DNA of 64,000 bases from Eubacteriales bacterium (GTDB lineage Bacteria > Bacillota > Clostridia > Oscillospirales > CAG-272): assembly GCA_045635225.1 (NCBI GenBank), contig JAZRBV010000060.1, positions 91,534-155,533 on the forward strand, read 5' to 3'. The position numbers and the translations under genes were made by a program. The notes beneath the pieces are model-generated. The model searched no databases. It worked only from the letters and a program-made list of their open reading frames with translations, and had not been told where the DNA came from. Numbering within the stretch: position 1 is the stretch's first letter; each line of letters opens with the position of its first letter. Shown piece by piece: positions 9,313 to 18,883 of this stretch.

Positions 9313-10428
9313 CTAGCATAGAGTCTCCCCCATACCTTCATCGAGCTTCAAATTTCCTTCAATAAAATCTTGCATCGATATCTCATACCCGTAGAAGTTA
9401 GGGGCATTTTCTTCGCTAGCGAGATCAATATAATCATTAGCACCGAAGTCTAGCTCTTCTTTCATTATTACAGAACCACCGTGATTTACATCTACTTTTG
9501 GTTCTATGGTTGCAAACGCATCTCCACAATCGTTATCTCTTAAATGATAAACATATAACCCCATGGGAATATCTGCATCCGTTAACCTTGCGTTAGAGAA
9601 AAGAGCATGTTTTCCAAGAATGGATATTAAGTCATATTCTTCATTGGAAGGACACACATAATCTGTACCTCTTGCATTAAGATATAAGCCGAGAGTCTCT
9701 CGTGGTTCATATTCCCATACTGAACATGCGAAATCAATAGCCTCTTTGTTTCCTTTGGGATGATATTCCTCTACGATATCTCCTCCTGCAAATCGCAGTC
9801 TTCCGCAGTTTGAGCCGATATCTTCATCTGCATACTGCATTTCCATCGGGACATCCGGATACATCGAGGAAAGTTTTTTTATAGCTGATTTAGGTGCACT
9901 CCATGCTGTCTGGCAATATATTGTATCTCCGTTATCATAGAAGTTGCTGTAGCTATTCCACTTTGTTCCCCAATTATCTCTTCTCCACTCAAACCATGTC
10001 GGTGCTCCATACTTCTGGAAGTTTTCTACCGCCCTCTTTCCGAGTTCTAACGTTCTAGATTTTGTATCCGCATTATCGAACATATTATCCATCTCATATA
10101 TGGATAGTTCATACTTATACGGATATCGCTTTCCTTCGTTTATCTTATTGATAAGCGCATCGAACTCTTCGGCATCCATTTTTTCTTCCCCGAAGTATGT
10201 AGCTCTGGGATTCAGAGAAGTCAGATACATCTCTATACCCTCTGTTGTTCGGGAGCCGCTTTCGATGTCAAGCTCGGGTGGCATTGCAATGATTCGCTCG
10301 AAGTCTATCGTTCCATATCCACGGTCTTCGTTGTCTCCATTTGGATCATACATTATAGCTTCAAGTATTTCTCTTAACCGTTCTTCACTGCAAAAGAACT
10401 TTATATTGTTCTGTACATGATTGGGCAA
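9313..10428 (-). CDS. Hypothetical conjugative-element protein (possible DUF1281/Api92-like N-terminus)
   Basis: MPNHVQNNIKFFCSEERLREILEAI...GTIDFERIIAMPPELD pattern. Long uninterrupted ORF. Confidence 0.35.
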   Translation of the reverse strand: MPNHVQNNIKFFCSEERLREILEAIMYDPNGDNEDRGYGTIDFERIIAMPPELDIESGSRTTEGIEMYLTSLNPRATYFGEEKMDAEEFDALINKINEGKRYPYKYELSIYEMDNMFDNADTKSRTLELGKRAVENFQKYGAPTWFEWRRDNWGTKWNSYSNFYDNGDTIYCQTAWSAPKSAIKKLSSMYPDVPMEMQYADEDIGSNCGRLRFAGGDIVEEYHPKGNKEAIDFACSVWEYEPRETLGLYLNARGTDYVCPSNEEYDLISILGKHALFSNARLTDADIPMGLYVYHLRDNDCGDAFATIEPKVDVNHGGSVIMKEELDFGANDYIDLASEENAPNFYGYEISMQDFIEGNLKLDEGMGETLC

Positions 10429-11508
10429 TTATTTATCTCCTTTCAATCTTAGTATTTCAAGCACGAGCTTGTTCGCTACTGCTGTGACCACATTGGTTGT
10501 TACTGAATTTCCAGCCATTTTATAAAGCTGAGTTTCTGGTAGTTTTGCATCTACCAACATGTTATACTGTTCATCAGTATAACCCTGCAATCTAAAGCAC
10601 TCGATTGGCATCAGCCTTCTTACCCTTCCGCAATATGTAACTCCGTGCTTGTCCTGTGCAGTCAGTGTAAACATATCCTCGTTGGGCAACTTTATCCTTC
10701 TTCCGTGCTGACGAATTACTTCTCTTTCGGGAGTCAGCACTGCTCTTGCATCAATAACACCGGAATGTTCTCCTTTTCGATGGCACACTCCAGCGTTCTG
10801 TCTAGCAGTTATGCAACGTGCTTCATGGGTTACTATGGGTTCTGGATTCATATCTATAAAATAGAGTCCAGTCTTCGCCCCCCATCCACCGCCTTGACTT
10901 GTCAGACATGTGCTTACTCCGTCAGTAGAATAAATTCTGCTCCCTTGTGAGCCTCCCGCGATTTTGATAAGATTACCGCCGCAGCCTTGTCCGACAGGAA
11001 ATATTTTTCCGGACAGTCTTTGATCAAGATATCCGATAATGTATACTCTTTTTCTCTGCTGTGGCACACCAAAATCGGAGCTGTTAAGCACACACCATTC
11101 GATACTATACCCCAGCTCATGAATTGCGGTGAGGATAGTGAGGAATGTTTTCCCCCCGTTGTGATTGAGTAACCCTGGAACATTTTCAAGGAGAAGATAT
11201 TTAGGCCTTTTTGCTTTAGCCACTCTGATGATTTCATGAAAGAGCGTGCCTCGCGTATCAGCAAATCCAAGTCTTCTTCCGGCAACTGAAAATGGTTGGC
11301 AAGGGAATCCTGCACATATAAGATCAATTGATGGCAACTCATCGGTGTCGATTCTCGTTGCATCTTCACAATAGTATTCACCTCCTGTATCATAAAGTGT
11401 TCTGTATGCCTTAGCTGCATATTTATCTATTTCACACCAGCCAACAGGCAAAAAAATATCGCCTAGCTTAGAGAGTCCTGTTCTGAACCCACCAATACCG
11501 GAGAACAT
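10429..11508 (-). CDS. dcm: Orphan DNA cytosine-5 methyltransferase
   Basis: Motif I MFSGIGGF, motif IV GFPCQPFS, motif VI LLENVPGL, motif VIII QQRKRVYIIG, motif X GNSV. Confidence 0.9.
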   Translation of the reverse strand: MFSGIGGFRTGLSKLGDIFLPVGWCEIDKYAAKAYRTLYDTGGEYYCEDATRIDTDELPSIDLICAGFPCQPFSVAGRRLGFADTRGTLFHEIIRVAKAKRPKYLLLENVPGLLNHNGGKTFLTILTAIHELGYSIEWCVLNSSDFGVPQQRKRVYIIGYLDQRLSGKIFPVGQGCGGNLIKIAGGSQGSRIYSTDGVSTCLTSQGGGWGAKTGLYFIDMNPEPIVTHEARCITARQNAGVCHRKGEHSGVIDARAVLTPEREVIRQHGRRIKLPNEDMFTLTAQDKHGVTYCGRVRRLMPIECFRLQGYTDEQYNMLVDAKLPETQLYKMAGNSVTTNVVTAVANKLVLEILRLKGDK

Positions 11509-11524
11509 ATCAAAGTATTTAATT

Positions 11525-12280
11525 TTAATAAGTTATACCTCCGTTCTGATTCATACCTTCCGAAAAAACTTCATCTATCATTTCCCTAATATCTGGAGGG
11601 CATGATTCCAAATCCGTATGATGATCTCCATCAAATCCTACTGTATACCAATATTCGTATGGTATCATCTTGTTTGAATATTGTTTTGCCAATGGATGAC
11701 ACTTTTCCTCGTCTTGATATATGCCATACGGAGTTAAAAAGGTCGTTCCCCAATGCTCTCCAGAAGACATAGTATCAAGATCAAGGAGTGCGAGACATAT
11801 TTCGGAGTTCCCCCCTAATACCACTCCTGGAACTGAAACAAATCCCATATCCTCATTTAATGTATCAGTACCATATGCAATAATGAATGCATTGTGCATT
11901 TTTTGAAGAATGTCCTTTACATAATTAAAATCTCTTTTTTCATATGCTTCTGCAAGGTCACCCCAAGAAATATTCGGAAAAATATCTTTGTTTAAGGCAT
12001 CATAAAATCTTTCCTCTTTTTCTCTGCATTTTTCATCATAACATTCTTCAGGAGTCAAAACTCGGAACTTGTCTGTATCAACATTAATTGGCAAGGTTCT
12101 TTTGTTATCCCAAAGCATGTGGATTTGGCCGATGTCATCGATGAAGTGCACAGTTCCTCTTGTGCCTGCCTCAACAGGAGAGAACTCTTCTTTCATACTT
12201 ATCAGCTCAAGCCTAGTACCTGGCGGATATTTTCCTCGCAATTCTTTTGCGAGATTTCTAAGTCTATCGTACTCACTCAT
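11525..12280 (-). CDS. DUF4314-like domain protein (conjugative-element type)
   Basis: GTRLELISMKEEFSPVEAGTRGTVHFIDDIGQIHMLWDNKRTLPI pattern. Confidence 0.4.
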   Translation of the reverse strand: MSEYDRLRNLAKELRGKYPPGTRLELISMKEEFSPVEAGTRGTVHFIDDIGQIHMLWDNKRTLPINVDTDKFRVLTPEECYDEKCREKEERFYDALNKDIFPNISWGDLAEAYEKRDFNYVKDILQKMHNAFIIAYGTDTLNEDMGFVSVPGVVLGGNSEICLALLDLDTMSSGEHWGTTFLTPYGIYQDEEKCHPLAKQYSNKMIPYEYWYTVGFDGDHHTDLESCPPDIREMIDEVFSEGMNQNGGITY

Positions 12281-12283
12281 TGC

Positions 12284-12565
12284 TTACATACCTCCCATGC
12301 CGACATCTTCACTTCCCATGTTTTCTTCTATCTCCTGTTGCATCGGTATCAGCACCTTAAGAAGCTCTTCTCTGTATTCCATATCAGTTATCTTGTTGAG
12401 AAATAATCCAAATGTATTGAGCAAGAGCGCACCGTTTTCTTGAAAGATAGACACATCGCTGTGCTTACCTTCTTCGCAGATAAACTCCGCAACCTCTTGA
12501 ACTGAGAATAGTTCTCTTTCATCGTAGTCAGAAATACCGAATAATCTTGCATACGATTTTGCCAT
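12284..12565 (-). CDS. Hypothetical protein
   Basis: Tightly packed ORF in the co-directional chain. No motif recognised. Confidence 0.4.
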   Translation of the reverse strand: MAKSYARLFGISDYDERELFSVQEVAEFICEEGKHSDVSIFQENGALLLNTFGLFLNKITDMEYREELLKVLIPMQQEIEENMGSEDVGMGGM

Positions 12566-13062
12566 TACATCGCCCCCATTCCTTGAGATTCAATTTGTTC
12601 GACAAACTCTTCCTCTGAATAGATTTGATAATCATCACTCCATTTCCAAAAGTGCACATTTAGGATACCTTCATCTACTCTGATGTCTTGCTGCTCGAAA
12701 CCTTCTCCGAGTCCATCTGAGTTTTGTCCGGTAATATAGTCCTTTATCTCTTCATCTTCTTCATGTGTAATATCCGAATTCAAGGTTACATCTACAACGC
12801 CCCATAATGCGTTGTTTACGCTTTCGAATCCCCACTTCATTGATTCAATCTTTTGCTTAAGTGGAGTATCTCTGAAATATGTAGCCATGTCTTCGTCACC
12901 TTCTGTGTAGGACGCGAACTTAGACTCTATATCATCCGCGTAGCTCTCAGCGAATCGACCATCATATTCGTTGCCCTCATCTCCTATATCCAAGCCGCCA
13001 TACTCATCGTATTCGAGAAGATTGACGGTCAATGGAAAGTAATATTTTCTATGACTTATCAC
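12565..13062 (-). CDS. Hypothetical acidic protein (GTG start)
   Basis: ORF abuts the downstream gene. No motif recognised. Confidence 0.4.
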   Translation of the reverse strand: MISHRKYYFPLTVNLLEYDEYGGLDIGDEGNEYDGRFAESYADDIESKFASYTEGDEDMATYFRDTPLKQKIESMKWGFESVNNALWGVVDVTLNSDITHEEDEEIKDYITGQNSDGLGEGFEQQDIRVDEGILNVHFWKWSDDYQIYSEEEFVEQIESQGMGAM

Positions 13063-13244
13063 TTTTTATACCTCTTTCATATTTTCTTTTATCATTTTCG
13101 TTTCTTAGGGGGGATCTCGTCCGAATCTTGTCTTCAAGGCAGCAACAGTGTTTGATAAAACATTTTCCATCTTTGAAAAAACGGCAGTATTTACAATCAC
13201 AATCTGCCTTTGAGTAAACATAATCTATATCACTCTCCCCTTCC

Positions 13245-13643
13245 TTACTGAATAGTTATACTTTCGTCTTGATACATCTCAACGTAATCAAGAACAGTAT
13301 CCGCTATTAAATCTCTTTCGTTTTGTGAAATTGGGAGATACCACTCATCCTTACCATCGACATGCCAAATATGAGGATCAACCTTATTGTTGTAGGCAGT
13401 TCTCTGCGTACCGATTATATCCGCAAATTTGAATAGTTCGGTGTCCACCTCGCCTTCTGTTCTGTTTATAATCTTAACTCGCAAGGCAGAATAAACATCA
13501 GCAACACCCGTTGTCACGAAACTTATTTTCACTCTGAGATCCTCATCAAGCCTAGCTATCATACTCTTTCCGGAGTAGGCTTTTTCTTTTATCAAATCGC
13601 TTGAATCGAACATGTTTTTCAGTTCTTTTTCAAATAATGTCAT
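13245..13643 (-). CDS. Hypothetical protein
   Basis: ORF in the chain. No motif recognised. Confidence 0.4.
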   Translation of the reverse strand: MTLFEKELKNMFDSSDLIKEKAYSGKSMIARLDEDLRVKISFVTTGVADVYSALRVKIINRTEGEVDTELFKFADIIGTQRTAYNNKVDPHIWHVDGKDEWYLPISQNERDLIADTVLDYVEMYQDESITIQ

Positions 13644-13710
13644 ATTTTTCTCCTTTTTTAAAAAATTTTGAAGAATTTTCGTAATAAAATCAGTATTAGT
13701 ATATATGGGG

Positions 13711-14046
13711 TTATTTTAGACTCATCAAAAATCCGTTCCCATCCACCGCAAGAACATCTAATCCCTTATCAAGTAATAACATAATCTCCATATAAGTTTT
13801 ATTGTTGAAACATAGCTCAGATAGTTCCTCACACACTATACAGTCTAGTTTTTTTGCTTCATTCATACTCATCAAAAAAGGTCTTTGCCACACGTAAGAA
13901 TCGGAGTCTATGAGAACTCCTATCAGCTTGAGTCTTTTGTCTCGTGTTACCAACTTAACTAAGCGATAGAGAGTCTCATAGATTGCATTTAGTTCTCCTT
14001 CTTGATTGCGTATGTATATGATAGTTTTCTTGGGTTTCTCTATCAT
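13711..14046 (-). CDS. Stand-alone resolvase-like (serine-recombinase catalytic-domain-like) protein, apparently lacking the catalytic Ser
   Basis: TIIYIRNQEGELN...GVLIDSDSYVWQRPFLMSMNEAKKLDCIVCEELSELC...LLLDKGLDVLAVDG follows the YxRxS...RP...D.vv...l.R pattern, but has NQ where the VS(T) nucleophile is expected. ATGA overlap with the DinG-like gene. Confidence 0.35.
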   Translation of the reverse strand: MIEKPKKTIIYIRNQEGELNAIYETLYRLVKLVTRDKRLKLIGVLIDSDSYVWQRPFLMSMNEAKKLDCIVCEELSELCFNNKTYMEIMLLLDKGLDVLAVDGNGFLMSLK

Positions 14047-16325
14047 TTACTCTCCTTTTGACAACTATCATTTGCAAAATATTCAGTTTCCTTAACAGTG
14101 TGCATAAAGTTTTCAACTTCAGAGAGTGTAGTCACCATCGGGTATTTACGCAACACGTCTCTCACTTTTTTCTGATAAGGGCCAATAGAAGCTCTAGCAT
14201 CTAGGATGCTGACCACGCCAGTATCATTCTCGGTTCTTATCAGCCTACCTACACCTTGTCTAAGTTTTATAATCATTTCTGGAACTGCATATTTATTAAC
14301 GAAATCTCGCAAACAAGGACAACCGTTTTTCTTGTCTTCCATAGTTGCTGTTCTTAAAGGGAAAGGTAATCTTGCGATTATAACAGATGAAAGGCAATCA
14401 CCTGCGCAGTCAACACCTTCCCACATGGCACCGGATGCAAAGATTACTCCGCTTGAGCTTTTCTTAAACTCTTCGATAATATTTCCGCTACCTTTAGTCA
14501 TTTTAAATACTTCATATCCTGACAACTTTTCAATAGCAATGTTATAGATTTCAGTCAAAGCTTTATATGATGTGAAGAGTACTGCTGTGTGACCATTCGT
14601 TGCCTTAACTAAAGATACTATTTTATCTGCCATTGTTCTATAATACTCTTCGGTATCCTCCGGTATTGGAGCGTCTGTCGGGATATATAAGCGTGTATGC
14701 TCTTCATATCTAAATGGTGAAGGTGTACTCTTCTCTAGAATGTTATATCCCTGTACTCTGGATATTCCGTTTTCCTTCTTAAAGAATTCAAAGTCAACAC
14801 CATCGCTCATTGTTCCCGAAGTTAATACATGGCTTACATCTTTACTCCAAACCTTATCATAGATAATATCTCCAATGTTTTTACTTGCCGAACACAACGT
14901 AATCACTCCGTTTTCATCTTTTTCGACCCATACATTCAAGTCGTATGTATCATCAAAAGTTTCAAGTTTTTCAATTAGTTGATCACACCAATTTCTATAC
15001 TCAAATGGCATCTCATCACTGATCTCGTTGAATTCTTCGAGGTATTTTATTACTTGCTCAATTAGTGCCTTCTCCCTATTGGTTAATTGTACAAGAAGTT
15101 TCTTATCGTCTTCCTCATCTTCCTCTCTTGCATACTTTTCAAGAGACTTCATCAAGTTTTTCACGTGTAGAGCAAATTGATTTAATGAGAACTCCCAATC
15201 GTGCATCCAACCGTTTTCCTCAACCACGTTTCTAACAATGGTTAGGATTCCTTTCAGTTCTTTCGATGAAATCCTTGTCCCGAATATATCTAAAGCTGCA
15301 TCCTTCAACTTGTGCGCTTCATCTATAACTACAAGACAACTGTTTCTGAGAATATCTTCTGAATTTCTCTTGCGAGATACCAAGTATAGATTGTGATTTG
15401 TAACCTGCACATCGATATTTGTTGCTCTCACGCAGGTTTCTTTGAAGCAACCGTACTGACATTCTTCTGCAAGAGGACAACGAGAACATGATCCTTTAAC
15501 ACATATTTTATCTTTTACAGATGGAGGAAGGCTTGTCCTATCGAGGTCAAACCCTTTTTCTGCAAACTTGTTCTTCTTGAAATATGCCAAAAGATCTTTG
15601 TATTTCTTGGGGTATTTCTTGATGTTGTCATGGAATTCTTGATATCTTCTCAAACACATATAGTGCTCTTTACCTTTTCTTAAAACCGCATTTAATTTAC
15701 GGCTGATATATCCGTTATCCATAAGCATCTTCGATATCATGGGAATATCCTTTTCAATAATAGACCGTTGAAGCTCTATGCTTGAAGTTGATATTGTTAT
15801 CGGCTTACAGGACTTGTAGGTGGGAAGTTGAGTTCGTGCCACAATAGCTGCAACAAGGTAGGCGAGTGTTTTTCCTGTGCCAACCTCAGCTTCACATAGT
15901 CCTATCTTCTTATCAACAAAAGCTTTATACATTGCTTTTGACAAACGAATCTGCTCTTCTCTGACTCGGTAACCGAATTTCGGCATAATCATTGTAAATA
16001 TCTGTTCTATCGCATCTTCGGGTGTGGGACTAATCGGTGAGATATATCTCGTGTCTCCGGTGTATTTGATGGACTGCAATATCTGGGGAATCAGCGACTT
16101 GTATTCGCTAGAGTCTACCTTCTTCATATTGTTGCGTCTAACCACAACAGAACTTAGTCCAGTATGCATGTCAAGTGCAATATATACGATGTCTTGCTGG
16201 TTATAGCAGTGATAGACTAAGAATCTATCCTCAAATGTAAAATCGTATTCGCCATCTTTATATGCTCTTCGGTTTTCCTTAAAAACCTCAAATAAATCTT
16301 TATCGTTTTTTGTTATTTCGTACAT
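14043..16325 (-). CDS. dinG: DinG/Rad3(XPD)-family ATP-dependent DNA helicase
   Basis: Walker A CEAEVGTGKTLAYL, DEAH box VVIDEAHKL, Cys cluster (CLRRY...CVKGSCSRCPLAEECQYGC) consistent with an Fe-S domain. Confidence 0.75.
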   Translation of the reverse strand: MYEITKNDKDLFEVFKENRRAYKDGEYDFTFEDRFLVYHCYNQQDIVYIALDMHTGLSSVVVRRNNMKKVDSSEYKSLIPQILQSIKYTGDTRYISPISPTPEDAIEQIFTMIMPKFGYRVREEQIRLSKAMYKAFVDKKIGLCEAEVGTGKTLAYLVAAIVARTQLPTYKSCKPITISTSSIELQRSIIEKDIPMISKMLMDNGYISRKLNAVLRKGKEHYMCLRRYQEFHDNIKKYPKKYKDLLAYFKKNKFAEKGFDLDRTSLPPSVKDKICVKGSCSRCPLAEECQYGCFKETCVRATNIDVQVTNHNLYLVSRKRNSEDILRNSCLVVIDEAHKLKDAALDIFGTRISSKELKGILTIVRNVVEENGWMHDWEFSLNQFALHVKNLMKSLEKYAREEDEEDDKKLLVQLTNREKALIEQVIKYLEEFNEISDEMPFEYRNWCDQLIEKLETFDDTYDLNVWVEKDENGVITLCSASKNIGDIIYDKVWSKDVSHVLTSGTMSDGVDFEFFKKENGISRVQGYNILEKSTPSPFRYEEHTRLYIPTDAPIPEDTEEYYRTMADKIVSLVKATNGHTAVLFTSYKALTEIYNIAIEKLSGYEVFKMTKGSGNIIEEFKKSSSGVIFASGAMWEGVDCAGDCLSSVIIARLPFPLRTATMEDKKNGCPCLRDFVNKYAVPEMIIKLRQGVGRLIRTENDTGVVSILDARASIGPYQKKVRDVLRKYPMVTTLSEVENFMHTVKETEYFANDSCQKESK

Positions 16326-16348
16326 TTTTAATCTCCTTTATAATTCGG

Positions 16349-16402
16349 ATTAGCAGTAGTATGGTGAGCACAAATCTTTATGCTCACTACACTACTGCTA
16401 AT
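16349..16402. other. Long imperfect hairpin just upstream of the DinG-like start codon
   Basis: 22-nt arms ATTAGCAGTAGTATGGTGAGCA / TGCTCACTACACTACTGCTAAT, 10-nt loop, only two non-Watson-Crick positions. Confidence 0.6.
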
Positions 16403-16419
16403 CATTTTTGTTAGTAATA

Positions 16420-16860
16420 GTGTTTGCCATATTTATATAACCCCCTGGCAAATAATCTTTTGATTATTATGGGGAGGAATGCCAAGTATTCCGTAGCATC
16501 TATCGCTCGACTCATTTCTTACGAACGGACTTCACATGTGTGTAACAGACATCAAGTTCCAGCCTGAGTACCCGCATCTCGCCATAGCTAATTCGACGAG
16601 CCGTGTCCAACACGGGAGTATCATTATTCACCAAAGACCTGGTCATGGCCTGCCGTACAATGCTATTTACAGTACGGTCCGGCACGCAGTTTATCGCTCG
16701 CTCAGTTTTGCTGAGGTCATGGCGCCTGTTCCGGCGGCTATCCTTCAGGGATAGGTCTTGGAGTTCCCTCGACATTCCTTATATTCAATTTTCAAAGAGC
16801 GAGAGGCTTTATCGCCCCCTCACTCCTCTAGTGCGAACTTTTTTTGAGTTTTGTACGAAA
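16420..16860 (-). ncRNA. Candidate structured non-coding element (unclassified)
   Basis: 530-nt gap between the sigma and DinG-like genes. My counts for three consecutive 60-nt lines (16561-16740) are 57, 47 and 60% G+C, against AT-rich flanks. Overlapping ORFs on both strands and many local hairpins (CCGTAC..GTACGG, CCGTGT..ACACGG, CTCAG..CTGAG, TATCC..GGATA). Confidence 0.3.
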
Positions 16861-16864
16861 CTTT

Positions 16865-17413
16865 TTACAAAATTTTTTTCATTTTCTCAAATGCTCTCTT
16901 TTTGATGCTTTGAACTGTCATAAAAGGAATGCCTAATCTGTTGGCAACTGCCCTTACGCTCAAGGTTTCTTCGTCAAAGAACATTGTTGTTATCACCACT
17001 AACTCTTTTGGTGTTAATTCTTTAAGTGCTCGTCGAACAGATTCTCTTGTTTCTTTCTTTGTTACTTTTTCAAACACATCTTCATCCGGATCTGCAATAT
17101 GACTCTCTAGCGATTCATCTTCATCTTCACTCGCTGGTGCATTAAGTGATAATATTTGATACCCTTCTTGCGTGTTTCTAAGATATCGAGCATGGTCTTG
17201 GTCTGCTCTATAGCTCGCAACCATGTGTTTTGGCAGTTCAACAGCAACTAGGTTTTCTCTCTCATCAATTGTTTTCATAAAATAAACTTGATTTGCTTTC
17301 TCGCTCTTCATAAAACGATCCAAATTCTCACCCCGAAGCGCCGTATATCTAACATTCTTATCTTCGGAATAAACATCTCCACTGGGGTCTATAACATAAT
17401 AAATTGCGCTCAT
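16865..17413 (-). CDS. Sigma-70-family (region 4 HTH) factor typical of Firmicutes conjugative elements
   Basis: C-terminal LTPKELVVITTMFFDEETLSVRAVANRLGIPFMTVQSIKKRAFEKMKK is a region-4 HTH. Confidence 0.65.
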   Translation of the reverse strand: MSAIYYVIDPSGDVYSEDKNVRYTALRGENLDRFMKSEKANQVYFMKTIDERENLVAVELPKHMVASYRADQDHARYLRNTQEGYQILSLNAPASEDEDESLESHIADPDEDVFEKVTKKETRESVRRALKELTPKELVVITTMFFDEETLSVRAVANRLGIPFMTVQSIKKRAFEKMKKIL

Positions 17414-17656
17414 TTTCTAATCTCCTTGAATTTTGAATTAATTTGTTTGTAGATGAAATTCAAAATTGGAGATTAGGGGTATTTACACAAGTACTGCTCG
17501 AACTGTTTCATTCTGTGCTCCTGAAAATTGATACTATATAATCGTTTTTCGAAGCAAAAATAGTCCAAGCTGCTTTTCTTCATTGTTTTAGGCATTAAAA
17601 AATTGCTTCCTTTCAGATTTCTCTGCCGGAAGCAATTGAGATTTATCGGTCTGCCG

Positions 17657-17730
17657 AAAAAACAAAAAGCCACCGGCAAGACAGATCCAACTATCTACTG
17701 ATAGCTATAGACCTATCTTGTCGGTGGCTT
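17657..17730 (-). terminator. Strong rho-independent terminator
   Basis: Minus strand: GCCACCGACAAGAU...AUCUGUCUUGCCGGUGGC (13 bp, one mismatch) followed by TTTTTGTTTTTT. Confidence 0.7.
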
Positions 17731-17853
17731 CACAACTTAGCTTTTGCAATTCTGGCATTGCCTACCGATATGTCATCACGTATGACCTACCACAAGGACT
17801 TAACTTAGCACTATTTCAGCCAGGCCTTTGGTGTCGTTACGCTCTATTCTATT

Positions 17854-18063
17854 TTATGCACGTAGTCTTGTCATGCCATCGGGTATTGTAACCTCGATTA
17901 TGTCGTGCCTTCTGTTCTTATACATTCGTACCATTACCATCTTGCATCTGGTACATTGAAACTTAACTCTGCCCTCTTCGTCCTTATATCCTGTGTTAAG
18001 GGTAGCACAATTCGGGCAATACATGGATACTGTTTCCCACGTTCTGCGATTGTTTTGATTCAT
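17854..18063 (-). CDS. Small zinc-ribbon protein
   Basis: CPNC...CTRC pairs. ATG at 18063 lies 9 nt after GGGGAG, so the longer ORF-track start is unlikely. Confidence 0.45.
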   Translation of the reverse strand: MNQNNRRTWETVSMYCPNCATLNTGYKDEEGRVKFQCTRCKMVMVRMYKNRRHDIIEVTIPDGMTRLRA

Positions 18064-18259
18064 TCTTTTCATCTCCCCACTTAAGCATGTAAAAAACCAT
18101 CCGCGAAATTCCTTTCTTGATTCTGAAAAACTCGATCTCATTATCCGCAAATCGATTGCTCGAGATTCTTTCTGGATTTGCTTCGCACTTTAACGGGTGT
18201 GGGATGCTATTCAAATCCATTATATACACATCCGACTTCGGCTCGGAGGGATATATCAA

Positions 18260-18883
18260 TTAAATGGGATAATCTTCTATGTTTTTATATATTCTTACTG
18301 CTTTGCCTAGAATCCTTACCTTGTCCACAATAATGTCATCTAAAGCACTGTTTTCGGGATGTAAAATATACCGTTTGTTTTCTCTATCTCGATAGAATCT
18401 CTTGAGTGTTGCAGTACTCTCGTCAGAATACTCATCATCAATCATAGCAACCACTATGTCACCATCATCTGCAGTATCCTGTCTTCTTATGAAGATTATA
18501 TCACCACTGTGGATGCCAACATCTATCATGGATTCACCGTCTGCCACAAGGCCAAAGTATTCTCCATCAGAGAGTGATTTATCGAGAGGAATATAGCATT
18601 TAATATCTTCTACGGCTAGCTTAGGCTTACCACACGCTACAGCACCAATGACAGGCATCTGATATGGCGCAAAATAGTTCTGTTGTGTTACAACTTGATA
18701 ACGACCAAACCTCTCTAACCTTCCCTCTTCAACTAGCCTAGTTACGAATTTTGATACAGTAGATTTTGCAGTTTTGAATTCATCTGCGATCTCTTGGGTT
18801 GTCGGACTAACGCCAAATTCTTTAATATACTCATTTATGAATTCGTATATAGCTTCCTTCTTCTCATCATTTTTCGGTCTCAT
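18260..18883 (-). CDS. lexA: LexA-like repressor / S24 self-cleaving peptidase
   Basis: N-terminal wHTH (FGVSPTTQEIADEFKTAKSTVSKFVTRLVEEGRLER), cleavage-region VIGAVACGKP, S24 motifs GESMIDVGIHSGDIIFI and ATLKRF. Confidence 0.8.
   Translation of the reverse strand: MRPKNDEKKEAIYEFINEYIKEFGVSPTTQEIADEFKTAKSTVSKFVTRLVEEGRLERFGRYQVVTQQNYFAPYQMPVIGAVACGKPKLAVEDIKCYIPLDKSLSDGEYFGLVADGESMIDVGIHSGDIIFIRRQDTADDGDIVVAMIDDEYSDESTATLKRFYRDRENKRYILHPENSALDDIIVDKVRILGKAVRIYKNIEDYPI

Noticed and set aside
10914-11420. 168-aa minus-strand ORF inside dcm.
   Set aside because: It is an alternative frame of the cytosine methyltransferase gene, whose frame carries all canonical motifs.
13063-13244. A Cys-rich peptide frame (DCDCKYCRFFKDGKCFIKHCCC) on the minus strand in the 13.06-13.24-kb gap.
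   Set aside because: I found no in-frame start codon between the upstream stop and the Cys-rich stretch. The only ATG-initiated frame gives an unrelated 38-aa peptide. This is left unannotated.
16512-16775. The 87-aa minus-strand ORF (and + strand ORFs 16536..16754 and 16603..16905) as genes.
   Set aside because: Three mutually overlapping ORFs in a locally GC-rich block is the expected artefact of stop-poor sequence. The ATG at 16775 has AAGGA only 1 nt upstream. I treat the block as non-coding with low certainty.
16420-16860. Known large RNAs: group II intron, RNase P, tmRNA, hammerhead.
   Set aside because: There is no GUGYG 5' end or domain V-like hairpin (the only candidate, CCGUAC..GUACGG, has a 13-nt loop and no AGC triad). 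There is no GAGGAAAGUCC-type P4 motif, no tRNA-like ends and no CUGANGA...GAAA core.
17473-18259. ORFs 17473..17679 (-) and 17996..18259 (-), and the long form of 17854..18150.
   Set aside because: The first overlaps the terminator T-run (17657-17668) and the sigma-gene promoter region. The second overlaps the zinc-ribbon gene out of frame. An RBS supports only the short 17854..18063 form.
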